Both the position numbers and the translations under genes were made by a program. A model generated the notes under the pieces. That model had not been told where the DNA came from and did not search any database. It saw only the letters and a program-made list of their open reading frames with translations. This document shows, in pieces, positions 35,010 through 48,399 of a DNA stretch of 64,000 bases (positions are counted from its first letter, which is position 1; every line of letters starts with the position of its first letter). This DNA is from Marsupella aquatica (lineage: Eukaryota; Plantae; Marchantiophyta): positions 6,844,963 to 6,908,962 of the forward strand of contig OZ316893.1 of NCBI GenBank assembly GCA_973895155.1, read 5' to 3'.

Positions 35010-38000
35010 ATGGGGGAAGAGGGTGATGACATGGAGACAGACATGGGGCTTGGAGAGTGGGGTGAAGAGGAAAGATTGGATATGGATGGAGACCCAGATG
35101 CAGGGGGCTCACAAAAAAATGCACTTGTGCAGGATGCATAGGGCCCTCATCAAGTCCCAGGTAGGTGGGCAGCTAGAGAGAAATCACATAATCCATACCC
35201 TAGAAGGAGCCAGAGTTATTGGCAAGGGACGCCTGATAATTATGATGATGACTATGATGGAGCAGAAGATGCATGGGATGAATATGAACACCCAGAGCGT
35301 GGTAGAGACGGGTACAGAGGGCAATGGAAAGGTGAGGAGGATGATTGGACAAGTAAGTGCCTTGTGCTAGTGATTTTGTGATGGTAGTAGAGATTTAGCT
35401 CAATATGGACTTATCTGATGTGTAGCTAGGGCAAAGAGTTTATCTTACAGGTCCATGAGTGTGGCATGTACCTGTTGGTATGCAGACTCTGATTGGGACA
35501 ATCACGAAAACAACAAAGGCCATCCATGTTCAGATTGGAGGCAATCATTCACAGGCGGGAGAAACGGCCCTAATTCATCAAGACAAAGCAATAGGACAGG
35601 TGATCCAGAACCATCTATGCGCCAAGGGAGAGGTAACTTGGTCATTGCAGAATTGCTCTGAAGTCCAGTGTATATTTGGCAGCAGGATTTATGATTCATA
35701 CTTACCTAATGGATCCTGTAAATGTGCAGGGACTCCAGGGAGGTTTGGACAATGCAATCCAGGCCGTGGGGGGAGATCAGGCCGTGGAGGGACCCCAGGC
35801 CGTGGGGGGACACCAGGCCGTGGAGGGACACCTAGTAGCGCTTCAGGGAGTACCAAGGCAGGAGACAGTAACAAATTTGGTAAAGTAGAAGTGAATTCCG
35901 ATGGTTGGATAACTCCCACATGTGATGGTAAGAACCGTTGGCATTCTGACCTAAGAGGAGAAGTATTGCGTTGGTTAGATTTGAGCATTACAGAGTTTAG
36001 GAGTCAGAACAAAGCTGATTGGGCTGCTATCTGCAAGGACATTCTTGAACGGTGGGACTATGTTGGTAATGATGGTAAGGGCCCAGTTGAAGATTGCATA
36101 TCAGATTATGCAATGAGGATTTTGAAACAAGAGAGGCATAGGTTGAAAAGGATGTGGATAGACAATGGTTCTAACAGGAGAATGCCACCACCCCCATCAT
36201 TGGAATTGGATCAATGGACACGGTTAATCAAAGGATTCATGTCAGAGGCTGGACAGAGCAAAAGTGAACTGATGTCAAATGCTCGAGGCAAAGTGAAACA
36301 CATGTCACAGGCTGGGAGAGGAAGTTATGCTCCAGTGAAAGAACAATTGGTAAGGCAGTGACATGCCTGATAGTAAGCCTCAAACTTATCATCTTGCTAC
36401 CATTATTACATTTTCATTGACAATCAACACTTGGTTTCATTCATATGTATGTTGATGTGGACTGCAGAAGAAATTGACAGGTGAAGAACCATCAGCACAA
36501 GAAGTGAGAGAGGAGTTCATGAAACAAAGGAGTGAGGTGACAAGTGTGACTTCCAAACAGGTGATTATGTTGTAATTCTGTATGTTCTGTGACTATTTGC
36601 CCTTGAGCATCAGAAAGAATTGTAGTAGGAAGTAAGCAACCAGTTCTTGGGGACAATTATCTGAGATATGTAAGTTGTGTTATGACAGGGAACTGTTACA
36701 ACTCTCACAGAGATGTGTGAACGGTTGAAGTCATTAGAGTGTGGACTCCCTCGAGTGGAAAGTAAATTGGCTGATCGTTTGGATATTGTGGAGGCATCTG
36801 TAGCGAACCTTCTTGCATCAGTGGAATCTAATTTCAAGCTTGTGATTGAAAAATTGGGTGGTTCCCAACCAAACAATGAGGGCAACATTGTACAAAGTGT
36901 GCCCTTGTTAACAAAAAAGGGAATTGGCAAATCTGACACAGGTATGGAAATGACACCGGCCCATTGTTCATTGTGTCCTATGTTCAAATGTTAGAAGTAA
37001 GTTTTCATGAATTGAGTGAATGGTTTGAATGCAGGAAGAGTGGAGGCAGAGAAGGACCCTGTAATCAGTAAGTGAATGGTTTGAATGTAGGAAGAGTGGA
37101 GGCAGAGAAGGACCCTGTAATCAGTAAGCAGAATGGCAAAAAGGTTGCTGAGACAGGTAACCTGCTATGATCCAGTACATTACATTTGAAAAGTGCATGG
37201 AGTTTTGTGAAGCTTAAGCCGGTTGGAGGTAACCTTTTTTGTAAGAACTGGTTGGATCAACTGGGATCTGAAGTGACATCATGATTGATGTATCAGGTGA
37301 TTCAAAGAGCAATGAAAAAGATGTGCCCAGTGCCTCAGTGACCATAGCCAAGGAGGTATCAGGTAAGCTGATGCTTTAAATTCCTCTCCTACCATTGTTG
37401 AGAAACAATTCAGTGGTTAATAGATTGAACCTGAATATTGTGGTGTGTTTATTGATCAGCAGAAGCAGACATGGAGGATATGGCAATGGTAAAGAAGGGG
37501 AAGAAGGCTGTTCATAATGGTAAGGAGATAGTGACAACTTTGTGGTTGGTGACATGTACATGGCGCACTTGTGATGTCTGAGTGATTCACTTATGTTGGA
37601 CAATGCACTGAATTGTAGTTGATGCAGAGTTGACAGACTCTCAACCAAGTGGGAGCAGGGTGAAGCGACGTCAAAACTTGGGAGCAACATTGGATGCAAG
37701 TAAGATTGTAGATGCTTCAATTGAAGCAAGTACAATGTTGGCAGATACTGAGATGATATCGCAGGGAAATCTTGCTATACAATTGGAAGTGTCAAATATG
37801 GATGCAGATTCTTTGAAGAAGAGTGTATCCAATTCTCGATCACCAGCACAAAACACTCGTGCCAAAGTCATGACTCGCAACCAAGGTATGAATAATGTCA
37901 TGTATAAGCCACCCAGGAAAGCCAAGAAAAGCAGCCAGGGTAAGGTGGAGGTGATAGCCACAGCAGAGCTAGTCCATAATCTTCTATCATGGGAGGATGA

Positions 38001-38223
38001 CTCGCAGGTATGTGTGGGTACAGGCATTTTGCGACCGGATCATGCTAAATTCCATGGCAAAGTGGTCCCGGATGACCATGTAGTAGTGTTGTTGACTACA
38101 GTGATTGTATCTGATTGTAATTTGCCATTTCCGAATAGAGACGATGATCCACCTCAAGAAATAATTGCAGATGCAGTAGGATCTCTTGTGCTCTGGCCAT
38201 CAGAGTGTGTTAGTCTGCAGTGA
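35010..38223 (+). CDS. tnpA: CACTA TnpA-like multi-exon gene (Ptta/En/Spm-type domain and C-terminal Tnp1-type domain); exon structure approximate
   Basis: ERHRLKRMW...PP....DQWTRLI...KSELMSNARGK...GRGSY; C-terminal FHGKVVPDDHVVV...LPFP...IADAVGSLVLWP; PGRGGT repeats at ~35760-35835; several GT-AG introns. Confidence 0.75.
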
Positions 38224-41200
38224 CTGAATGCAAGTGTAGATAGAATCATGTGACATGTGTTACATTTTGACATTGCCTTGGAAAGATCCAAGAAATATCT
38301 GTACCAATTTTTCCATTTGGTAAAGAGGATGAAGGAGCCGTTGTGTGTGACATTGATATTTCTGAATTCTGTATATATGAAACAAGTGATTGATGTCAAA
38401 CTATGGCTCTATGGTGATTGTCTATGATACTTGAATCTGTTTTGTATCATTTCAGTATTAGTGTGTATGGTATAGACGAATGCTTTGTGACCTTTGTAGT
38501 CTATGATGTTTGAATCTGTGAATTCATATTAGTGTACATGGTATAGAAGATGGCTTTCTGAAAATTTGTGTGAGGTTCTAATGTTAACATGGTGAATGGT
38601 GACCTTATAGAGTGAGTTCATTCCAAGTACACAATAAAACATGAATGGAATGTGTTATTTGTGCACAAGAGTGAGTTCATTCCAAGTAGTATAGTGGGGT
38701 CTTCATCACTCATTTCCAGTTGACATGAAAGACTTGTACATACCCCACAAAGTGTCTACTTTAGTCGTTTTATAAACCCACAAAGTATACTTAAAGACTA
38801 CCCTCCATAACCTTTTGAGTCGTTCCCAACCACTCACCATCGCAGTCCATAAAAGACTGAAAAAGACTCACCAAACCTACCCACACAAAGACTACAATAG
38901 ACTGAAAATCCAGTCTATAAAACGACTTATAAACCAGTTCTATAAAGGACTCAGTTGATTATAGTAACAAAACATACGACTCATAGTCCTATAAAGGACT
39001 GGAGTCCTTCCCAGTCGTTTCCAAGTCCTATACGGTACTGAATAGTTGTTTTATGGGGTCTAAATACCCCCCGGTTTCTACTAGTGAGACAAGCCACAAT
39101 CTAGCATCTTAGCCAAACACAATCGTCCAGACAAAGCAAAACTCAGCTGGACAGAAGTCACTCGGATCCACAAAAAATTGAAGATTCACCTCCAAGCCGG
39201 AGGCCGATCACTTCAGTACAGCAGCTTTTGGACGGAACAAACTCTGCTCAACCCCACAGAAACACAAATGTTAAGGCTCCAAGTTAGAGCTCACAAACAG
39301 AAACTCAGATAAATAACATTCAAAATCTGTCCATGTTTGTGCAAAGTGTACATATTCATTCTTTTGGAATGAACACGTAATGCATACATCACCTAGACAC
39401 AGTCATTATAAATCATTGGGCAATTGGGGACCACTAAGCAGGTGTGTTCCTATTTCGAGGCTACAGGAAAGGATAGAGTGACACCAAACTCAAGAGTACA
39501 CCAAAAGAAAAACAGCAAGAACCAAAGTCAATCATGTGTGGATAAATTGCACATGGGAAGTTCCCCTGAAGAAGCATCAGTTGCTAACATTGTCACCCGA
39601 ACCACACCCAATTTATTACCTCAATGTCTTTAGCCTCAATATCCAATCCTCAGCCCCCTGGTGCTTCCGTGTTTGTTCTGAAAATTTCTGTGATGAAATA
39701 ATTATTCAATACATTCAATAGCAAAGAGAACTCAATCACAAAAGAAAAATAGTTAGTGTGAATGCTAATTTCTCAACCCTTAACTAAATTCAAACCACCA
39801 ATTCAAGTAGTAAATTTCAAAAACTTGCCTTTACATGAAGAGAAACCAATTGGCCATGCATGTTACTAAAGCAATAAACAAATAATTAGGCTCAACACAC
39901 AGGCAAACTACTCGAAACATGCTGCTGAGAAGTAGCATTTTTTGAATGTCAGATTATATGTAAGTGCCATGATCGTGCTCCTACGTTTCACAAGGAGGGC
40001 TGGCCCGAAAGGGAGAAGCAACAATGTGGAGTCTATACACGTAGCACAAATCCCAGTTTAGAAGGGTGGATGAAGTTCAGACAAGAGTTCAGAACTTGCC
40101 ATTTGAGATTGCCAATCTGAACTTCACATTCAGACAGGACTTCATCCAGTTTAGGAGTTCAGATAGGAGTTCAGACAATCTGAAGAGGACTTTGGACTTG
40201 AATGAGGGCCATATAGTTATCCTTGTGGCCTTCAACTGCGTGTCTCAAGCTGAATTTCACTTTCCAGTTTCAAGAGTTGTGAAGGTCTAGTTTTAGTAAC
40301 TTCCTCCTGACTCGACTTGGGAGCATTCTTTGTATTTGCTAGCTTGTATAGTAGTTAGCTTTGACTCCTGTCAGCTTAGTTGACGACCCTCTTGAGATAT
40401 TAACAATTAGAACAAACACAAGTTGTCAGACAGATTCCACCGGAGCAAAAAGTCCAAAATCAGGTGAAAGAAAACCTAAGGAAAGTCCATAAGAACAAAA
40501 GTAGGAAGACAGGCACACGGGCCACTAAGAAAAGTAAAGGATGCATGTGATTAGTGGGGAGGGATCTTAGCAAAAACAGGGGAAAGCAAGGGAACTTGCT
40601 GCTAAAATTAGCTGAACGATTGCACGGTTCCTATAAATTTAGTGGACCTTAAGGTCGTCTGTTCACCCCCCCACCCCACCGCCAGAGCACGGGGCACAAG
40701 GCATGTTCTCATACATGGAGGAGCAAAACAGTCATGTCAAGCAAGAAGTGTGGAGAGACCAATCAGTAAGCAAAAATATGGGAGAACATACATACATCAG
40801 CAGCAACAGGAAACAAGAAAGATGATTTCGGGTGGCATCTTAGGGTCGGGGACACCACTGCAACACCGGGACTTAGGATATGACTTGTTCTTAATCTGCT
40901 GATAGCATCCGGCAGACCGGCAACCCATGGCAAAAGGGCAGAGCAGCAATCCGCTAAAAAAATGGAACATTCAACAGGAAATGAAGAATAGGCACCCGAG
41001 CTCAGACTGTGTAGGAGTACAATACCAAGGCTCAATCCCTCTCTTCATTGGGTCAGCACCTATGTAGGTGCACGCTAAGGAGCAGTAGTGACTACGGCAT
41101 CTGGGAAGGCGCAACTCAACAACAGAAATTCAGAAGCACCACTTGGCCGCTTGGGACTGTCTGTGGTAGTCGAACAATATCATGGGTCTTGCCTGGCTGG

Positions 41201-43237
41201 CAAGGTGTACGCAGAGAGCGATGTTTGCCCAATAAGAGCTTATAAGAAAAGGAATGAGTGGGTCTTACCTTGTGAGGGTTTAATCAACTTTGCGCTCGAT
41301 GATTGGATATATGTTGATAGCGTGCCCAAGGTTGTAGATTAGTAACGCATTTGCAATCCCTTCCACCTCACCAGCTGCAGCCCACAGTCACAGTCATTTT
41401 CAGGAAAATTTGCGTTACTGAAACTTTGAAGGAACCTAAGTAAAAAGAAACTTCGACAACACCAGTCAAGTCACGGCGTCTTACCAACATTTACAACAAA
41501 TGAAGGTCACAGCTCCCTAAACCTTGCCACTCCGCTACTCGCTCTCCGCTATGACCTTCAACCCTGCCACTCCGCTATGGAATGAAACTAACAAAACCTC
41601 CCAATCCCATAAGCTCCGCGGGGACTGGTGCACCAGTGTCACTGCCAATAGCCCTTAGATCCGAGTTGTTGTTTCTGCGAGAAAAGCCGAGAGTAGAAAT
41701 AATCACACCAGTAGTGGCAGCAGAAGACAAACCTTGATCAAGCGCTGCTGCTATGCCCGCACGCCATCACCATCTCTAGAGCTCTCGATCTTCTCACCTG
41801 ACAAAATCAATCACCGTTTGTTTTCAAGCTGGATATTGGAGTCTGCGTCTCTTGTCCAAGGCTTCCAACCATCTGCTCTAGTCCAAAGCTCCCAAACTCG
41901 CAGACTAAGAATGAGGAATGGGGTTGTGGTATGCATTGGACAAGAAGTCAGTGAGTGAGGTAGTCGACTCTCGGCCACGAAGAGCAGAAGACGAATCAGA
42001 CGAGCATGAAGACCCCTACAACAATGACATATCCAGACAATGAGCAGGGACTTACGCAATAAAGTCTAGCCTTGATCAAGCGCTGCTGCTGCACCTGCCT
42101 GCCATCACCATCTCTCAAGCGGGAGCGAAGTCCGTAAATCTCCTCGCACAAAACCCTTCACAAAACCTTCAGGCACGATGAATGTCCCCGGCCGTAAGCA
42201 CAATGGACAAGCGAGTTTTTCTGAAACCGTCGAGTTCCCGCGCACATTCAACTCAACTTTGCACTCTGCTGCCGTGTTAAACAAAACCCGTGCACCCTAA
42301 ACTTGTGTCCAAAGGCACACTCACGCACATTGAAATGGAGACATTAGTTCACAAAAGAGACACAAAAGTCTATGATTTGCCTAATTAGTTTTTTCCTTTG
42401 AAACCAAAGGACTTACGCAATAGTTATATGTGGGGTGAGTGGTTAGTCACAACTTTGAACCACCCCCTTTGGTGAAAATGTGGCCAAATAGTCAGGTATA
42501 TATGACCCCACATTACCATTATGAAAAGTACACTTTTTTAGGGTTGGGGTAGTGAAGAGCTGATCATATATATTTAAGTTGGACATTTAAGTTGGACATT
42601 TAAGTTGGACTTATATTGAACATGAACCATGCATTGGTTGTCATATATGAAGGGGGCATGGGAAACATGAAGGTTTATGGGGCATGGCAATAAGTAAACC
42701 CAACCTACATATGTGAGGCTGAAATTGGGTGATAATTAAGCATGCCTTTGGCACGACCAGAAGACGGCGATAGAAAAATTAGAGATTGACTACAAAAAGC
42801 ATTAAGTTAGGTTAGCAAGCTTTGACAAATCCTTTTTGCAGTTGAATGGGGCTGGGGCGCGCTTTATGGTGTCTAAATGGGGGCAGGAATAATGTGGAAT
42901 ACTCAGTAATGGTTTAAAATGGTATGACCTGAGTATAATTAAATCTATGTGGGATGACATATGGTGTATCCAAAATCATATGTATTGGGTTAGATCCCAT
43001 ACTTTAAGGTTGAAGGGCTCAAATGTTGTGCTCTCATAAGTTGTACTCTAATGTAGAGTCGCTTGTATGACTTCAACCTAATTGCCTTAACTGAGTTATA
43101 GTTACAACTTCCCTAAAAGTTGTAAACATGACTCCTCAAAACTCACCAAAACTCAGTCAAGAAGGTGTGACTAACATGACACCAACAACTTTGGAGTCGC
43201 TGTTTCATGAAGGTCTCGGACAAGTCACGTTCTTTGT

Positions 43238-43267
43238 GGTCTCAGAAAGGGTGGGTTTCTTCTAGTG
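43238..43267 (-). repeat. 5' terminal inverted repeat of CACTA-A
   Basis: GGTCTCAGAAAGGGTGGGTTTCTTCTAGTG, versus the copy-B end GGTCTAAATACCCCCCGGTTTCTACTAGTG. Confidence 0.85.
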
Positions 43268-45949
43268 AACCCTGTCACGTTCTTTGGCATCGACACTGCC
43301 AACAATAGAACCACTGCGTAGATATTCCAACACTCTCACATCATTGTGAATATCTTGTTGTCCAGAAGTTACCTCACCAACATCCACATCTGAAGACTCA
43401 TCATCCACTCCATCCAATGAGGTAGAGTCCACAGATCCACTGTATGCTGGCACCCAACAAAGAAAGGCAGATGCATGTCATCTTGGCACCATCTCCTTAT
43501 CTGACTCATCATGCCATCTAGCTCCAGTCTCATCCTGCTGACTAGTACATGGATTGCGGCTCCAAACAAACAAGTAGCAACGAAAGTGTGCAACAGCCCA
43601 CACTGCTGCCAAACACTCTCCCTCATAAGAGCTATACTTAGCCTCTCCTGAATTGTTTGATCTACTGGCATAAGCCACAACAAACTCATTCCCCTCATCA
43701 TCATTCTGAGTCAACACTGCTCCAAGTCCTACTCCACTCCAATCAGTGTGTAGCTGAAATGGTCTGCCTGAAATGGGTCTTCTCAAAATAGGGGATGATG
43801 CCAACCTTTGCTTCAACTCTTGAAAGGCATGCTCTTGGTCATCACCCCAAATCCATTCCTGATCCAACTTAGTGAGTATGGTTAAAGGTTTAGCAAGCTG
43901 GCTAAATCCTTTAACATACCTCCTGTAGTAGCTCGCCAATCCCAAGAATGCACAAACTCTACTCACATCAGTAGGACAAGGAATCTGTGTAATGGCCTCC
44001 ACTTTAGTCTGCTGTACACCCAATCCCCCTGGGTATATAGTGTGGCCCAAATACTCAATCTGGTCTTGGAAGAACTTACAATTGCTAGGATGGAGCTTCA
44101 ACCCATGTGCTCTCAATCTCTCCAACACAATCTATAAGTGCTGCTGATGTTCTTCCACAGTAGAAGAATAGACCAAAATATCATCAATATAACATCTGAC
44201 AAAATCCAAACCTGCAAGGATTCGATCCATGACTCTCTGGAACTCAACTGGTGCATTCTTCAACCTAAATGGTAAGAATAACCACTGATACAAACGATCT
44301 TTGCCATAAGAATCAATCCCCCAGAATGTTGTCTTGGACTTGTCAGCATGCCTAATTGGAAGCTGATGGTACCCTGCTCTCAGATCCAATGTGTAGTTTG
44401 CTATGAAGAACCAAAAACACACTTAAAGGTCTTCAAACTCGGTATTCGTTCTCGTAAGGAACAAGATGGGGTTGGTTTGATAGATTTAAACAATAATAAA
44501 GAACTAAAAATGTTTTCCACACATAGTAATCAAGTTTGATTACTTCACTAAGGTATTTTGAAGATTGCTCCACAGCGGTGAGTAGTTTTCAATGATAACT
44601 CAGCATCAGGTAACCATAAATTAATGAAAAGGAAATGATTAACAAAACACAAGAGAAAATAATCTCAAAGTACACTAAGGGAGTTTGGAGTAGACCAAGG
44701 TTACTCCTTAGACATAAGTCAAAATGAAAAGACTTAAGGATTCAAATCCATATTGCTTTTCAGATCTAAACTGCTTACTAGAGTACCTTTTAAAATGCCG
44801 TCAACATGTCTTATCCTTTCTTTCTAAGTGGTACTCGGATAAGATCTAAAAGGTAGCTACTTCAACATTTAGATGGTACTAAGCAACACAAAAGAAAAAT
44901 CCATCAATTTCAAATAAGACTTAAACTCAGTGAGTTAACTTCAAGAACTCAAGAGATTGTAATGAATCACCAAAAAGGAATCTATCATTACAACTCAAAA
45001 GATTTGCACAAAAGGAATTTTACTTCCTATGATTTATTCAAAGGATTAAACCACAAGAAGGAGGAAAGTCTTCTCCTGGTGTCAAGCTTGATCTCGAACT
45101 CTTAACATTCATGATCAACTGGCAGAACACCAAGGAAAGGCAAAAATTGCTAGACTTTACCATCAACTACACTAGTGATGGAGGGGTCTTATAGTAAAAA
45201 TCTACAGAGTAAGAGGTCATAGGGTCGAAGAGACATGCCTTTTCAAACTCCTCAAAAAATCAAAATAGCAATTCAGTAAGTGAAAAGCTGGGAAATGGCT
45301 AAGTAAGAACCCGTAAACCCTTAAAAGCGTAAAAGCGTAAAAACGTATAAGCGTAAAAGCATAAGGGCGTAATCCGGTTATAAAGTATACCCGTAGTTTA
45401 CACTTGGCATTTTAACAGCAACAGCAGGCTTAAACACTGTAAAAAGTTTAAATTTTTCAGTAATTTCAGGTTTTTGGTATTACCCAATACTCACACAATA
45501 AATTGAAAACCTTTGCATGCCCCACAGCATCAAAGATCTCCTCAGGTGTGGGCATGGCATATCTATCAGATTTTGTCTGGTGATTAATGGGTCTATAATC
45601 ACCACACATGCGCCTATCTGTGTAATTGCCATGCACATCCTTCTTGGCTGGCATCACTGTGGCAGATGCATACTCCCCATATGACATGTCCACCAATCCA
45701 GCCTCCAACAAATCTTGAGTACGTTCTGCTTTGAATCAGAGCTCTCTCCATGTCACTGTAACGGTATGGCCTATGAAAGATTGGTGCATCACTAGTCAAT
45801 TCAATCTGAATACCAGGACCCTTTAATGTCCCCAAATCCTTCATGCTAAATGCAAAACAATTCCAGTAACTCTTCAGGAATCGATGCATGCGACGTCTCT
45901 TCTCCCCTATCAACTTAGGGCCAAGCTGTGGTTCCCAACTCTCCACCAA
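43268..45949 (-). pseudogene. pol: Gypsy RT/RNase H, interrupted by a solo LTR
   Basis: RPYRYS, RMCGDYRPIN, LDLRAGYHQ, LPFRLKNAP, YIDDILVYS, FLGLASYYRRY, LHTDWSGVGLGAVL, YSSYEGECLA. An internal deletion removes part of RNase H. Confidence 0.93.
44392..45495. mobile_element. Solo LTR (~1.1 kb) inserted in the RT
   Basis: TG...CA termini with TSD CAATG/CAATA. Removing it restores in-frame KVFNSLDLRAGYHQ. Confidence 0.8.
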
Positions 45950-45994
45950 ATCCCTAATATCTCTTTGTAGGGTAGAAGAGATAGCCGATGATTG

Positions 45995-47188
45995 CTATTT
46001 AGCAGTAGATTGAGCAGTCCCTTCCTGCTCAACAATCTGTCCAGCCTTGGCCAATCCTGCCATAGGTCCGTGGACTATCTGCTCGCCCCCAGCTATGGTC
46101 AGTACTGTCTTAGTGGACGGCAAGCTCACCAAGGGACAATCAATAATTCTAGCAGAGCGCATCCGCAACTGTTCAGCTACTCCCAAGTTGATAATCCAAG
46201 TCAAACAATTCAGATCCATTGCTTGACCAAGAACCTGGCGCCACAAACCCTCTGACACAGAGGCAACTACAATGGTGCCAGTAAAAAATCCCATAGCACG
46301 CTCTCTCTCATCAGTAGTAGGTTCCACTAGCTGCTGGAGAGCTGTGTCCCACACAAGTCCAGGGGCACCTGCTCTGAATGCATATGAAGCAGAGTGGCTT
46401 ACAAGAGTGGGTAATGCACAACGTGGGCGCCCAACTGCATTGACCATTGCCAATGGAGGTCTATTAGGTTGGGTCACACCTGGTGCACGACGCCCTGGAT
46501 CCAAAATATCATCCACCACTAAGGTTGGTGAGCGTGGAATGTTGTCAAATGCGCGCTTCAGCACCTCACATGGAATCAAATTAGTCCACCACAAGCGTGG
46601 ACGATGTGCACGAGAACCCACATGTGTAGCATCCAATAACACAGTAGGTCCAATCCAAGACCTCACCTGGTGAACACTGGCAACAATCCGACTATGATCA
46701 TCACCTAACAATGGCACATTCTCCAAAATGTATGCTAGAGACTGTGTTTGATGTAGTTGGAGATGACGCAGCACCCGTAACATCTCCCAAAATAGTGCAG
46801 AGCGTGGATCATGAAGTCCATGCCCAACACCAACTCTAGATTGGCCTTGACATGGCCAACCAACAATCACCAAATCAATGGGGCCAACATGATGCAGATG
46901 ATCCACTCCCAGCAATGAAATATTAACAGGTAGTGCATGCTGATAACCACGAATAGCATCCACTAGCAGCAACTGTGGATATCTATCCATCAACATAGCC
47001 ACATGTCGCAATGAGACCCTGCGTGCTGTCTCATCTGTCTCCACATACAAATAACGACTCACAGGAATTCCTACCTGAAGAACAACAGCCAATCCAGTGC
47101 TAATCCCACCAAAAAGATCCAACAAACAAATACCCTCTGGTGGATACTGCCAAGCAATAGGAGTGGTATCCAATGGTGAAAGAGTCAC
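45995..47188 (-). CDS. DNMT3-like C5-cytosine DNA methyltransferase domain within the Gypsy Pol frame
   Basis: Motif I LLDLFGGI, II YVETD, IV DLVIVGWPCQG, V SALFWE, VI ILENV, VIII AHRPRLWWTNL, IX ERERAMGF, X RQVLGQAM, in non-permuted order. Confidence 0.93.
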   Translation of the reverse strand: MTLSPLDTTPIAWQYPPEGICLLDLFGGISTGLAVVLQVGIPVSRYLYVETDETARRVSLRHVAMLMDRYPQLLLVDAIRGYQHALPVNISLLGVDHLHHVGPIDLVIVGWPCQGQSRVGVGHGLHDPRSALFWEMLRVLRHLQLHQTQSLAYILENVPLLGDDHSRIVASVHQVRSWIGPTVLLDATHVGSRAHRPRLWWTNLIPCEVLKRAFDNIPRSPTLVVDDILDPGRRAPGVTQPNRPPLAMVNAVGRPRCALPTLVSHSASYAFRAGAPGLVWDTALQQLVEPTTDERERAMGFFTGTIVVASVSEGLWRQVLGQAMDLNCLTWIINLGVAEQLRMRSARIIDCPLVSLPSTKTVLTIAGGEQIVHGPMAGLAKAGQIVEQEGTAQSTAK

Positions 47189-47206
47189 AAGTCCATCTGC
47201 AAGAAA

Positions 47207-47914
47207 CTACTTTGCTTCTGACTGTGGTGTAAAAGCATGACGCCATGTATCATGTACCAATCGTACTGCTGCCTGTGGCAAGGCCTGTGCAGTGCCCCAC
47301 ACTGGTGGCACAACACTGCCAACAGGTAATCCTCGCATGATGTGCTCCTCATGAGACTCCTCCAATGGTGAAACATCTGCAGCATGCGTATTACCCTCAA
47401 TCAAATCATCAGGTCCAACAATTAGACCACTAAATGCTGCCAAAGACAATGGTGTGGATTTAGGACCTTCCACAGGTCCACTAAATCTCACTGGCAATTT
47501 GCTCAATCGAGCATCTCCTGACTGCCAATCAGGTCTATATGACACTGATTCCTCCCAAAAATCAAGAATAAATCCCATGGGGTAGAGCACTGTACATCCC
47601 ACCAACACATCATATGACTTTGCCTTAGTCAAAATAGCTCGTGCTTGTATCTGTGAGCTATCTATTGGATGACCTTCTTGAATCCTCAAATCAAGTGGTC
47701 TCCTGGTGATATGCTATGTAGATGTAGGTCCCCCCAATGAAGTCTGAATGGGAAAGGGACAATCCTCCAAATCCTCTGGACGCAATCCCAATCCACGTAT
47801 GGCAAACTTTCCCAATATCAAGGGTTGAGCACCACTATCTAGTAACACCCTCTCTGGCTGGTATACTGCTCCAGAAGGCCCAACTAATCGAAAGATACCA
47901 CTCCGATTATCCAA
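47207..47914 (-). pseudogene. Gypsy aspartic protease and linker
   Basis: VLLDSGAQPLILG catalytic motif and YDVLVG C-terminal motif; same frame as the MTase, separated by TAG codons. Confidence 0.8.
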
Positions 47915-48399
47915 TGATACAACACTAGGTTTAACCTAGTCCTCTCAAATGCAGGGCATGCTGGTAAATCCACCAACCTCACTGCTGCTGCATGACATGT
48001 CTCACTAGTAGCAGTAGGTGGCATGGTCTTCATTGCTTCAACATTGCAAGCTACTTCTACATGGGAAGCAACCACTGGAGTGTCCTCACAGAGTGTAGCT
48101 GCCAATCTAAACACTTATGCAGGACCAACTCCCAAGTTCAGCATGTCTGTCACTAAAAATAATGGGGTGCATACTATGGCAGTAGCCGCCCCCAACAGGG
48201 TACCTATCATCCCTACTACATCACTATCTGATTCTGCCAACTTACCCTCGTCAGGGTTTGTCCGAACCGGGTTCATAGAGGCAGTCTAAAATATCTCTAA
48301 CAATGTAAAAGATTGAGGAAGCTTTGTCTGCCGACGTGCATCCCCCCTCTGTGGATCTAACTCCACTACTGCTCCTCAGGGCTCAAGAGCTTTGGCTGC

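Larger units (their letters stand above)
22039..39086 (+). mobile_element. Full-length CACTA element B (17,048 bp)
   Basis: TIRs CACTAGTAGAAACC... (22039) and ...GGTTTCTACTAGTG (39086); 3-bp TSD AGA at 22036-22038 and 39087-39089; subterminal AAAGACT/AGTC motifs; TnpD- and TnpA-like genes. Confidence 0.97.
6567..43267 (-). mobile_element. CACTA (En/Spm) element A, with nested insertions; 3' end outside the window
   Basis: 5' TIR at 43238-43267 (minus strand CACTAGAAGAAACCC...AGACC) resembles the copy-B TIRs and interrupts the Gypsy pol frame (ERDRV|CACTAG). Collinear inverted homology to copy B: 6567-18790 vs ~26545-32730, and 40480-40815 vs 24960-25320. Confidence 0.85.

Noticed and set aside
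41269-41374. Chromodomain exon (LVRWKG on the minus strand)
   Set aside because: Only six residues match, and stops follow shortly in all frames.
39087-43237. Independent host gene, or the 3' LTR of the MTase Gypsy
   Set aside because: No match to 50663-51930. Homology to the CACTA-B 5' region and the TIR at 43267 identify it as the CACTA-A 5' arm.
45995-47188. Host DNMT3/DRM gene or bacterial restriction-modification contaminant
   Set aside because: It is intronless, lacks UBA/PWWP domains and a cognate endonuclease, and is in frame with the retroelement protease and RT.
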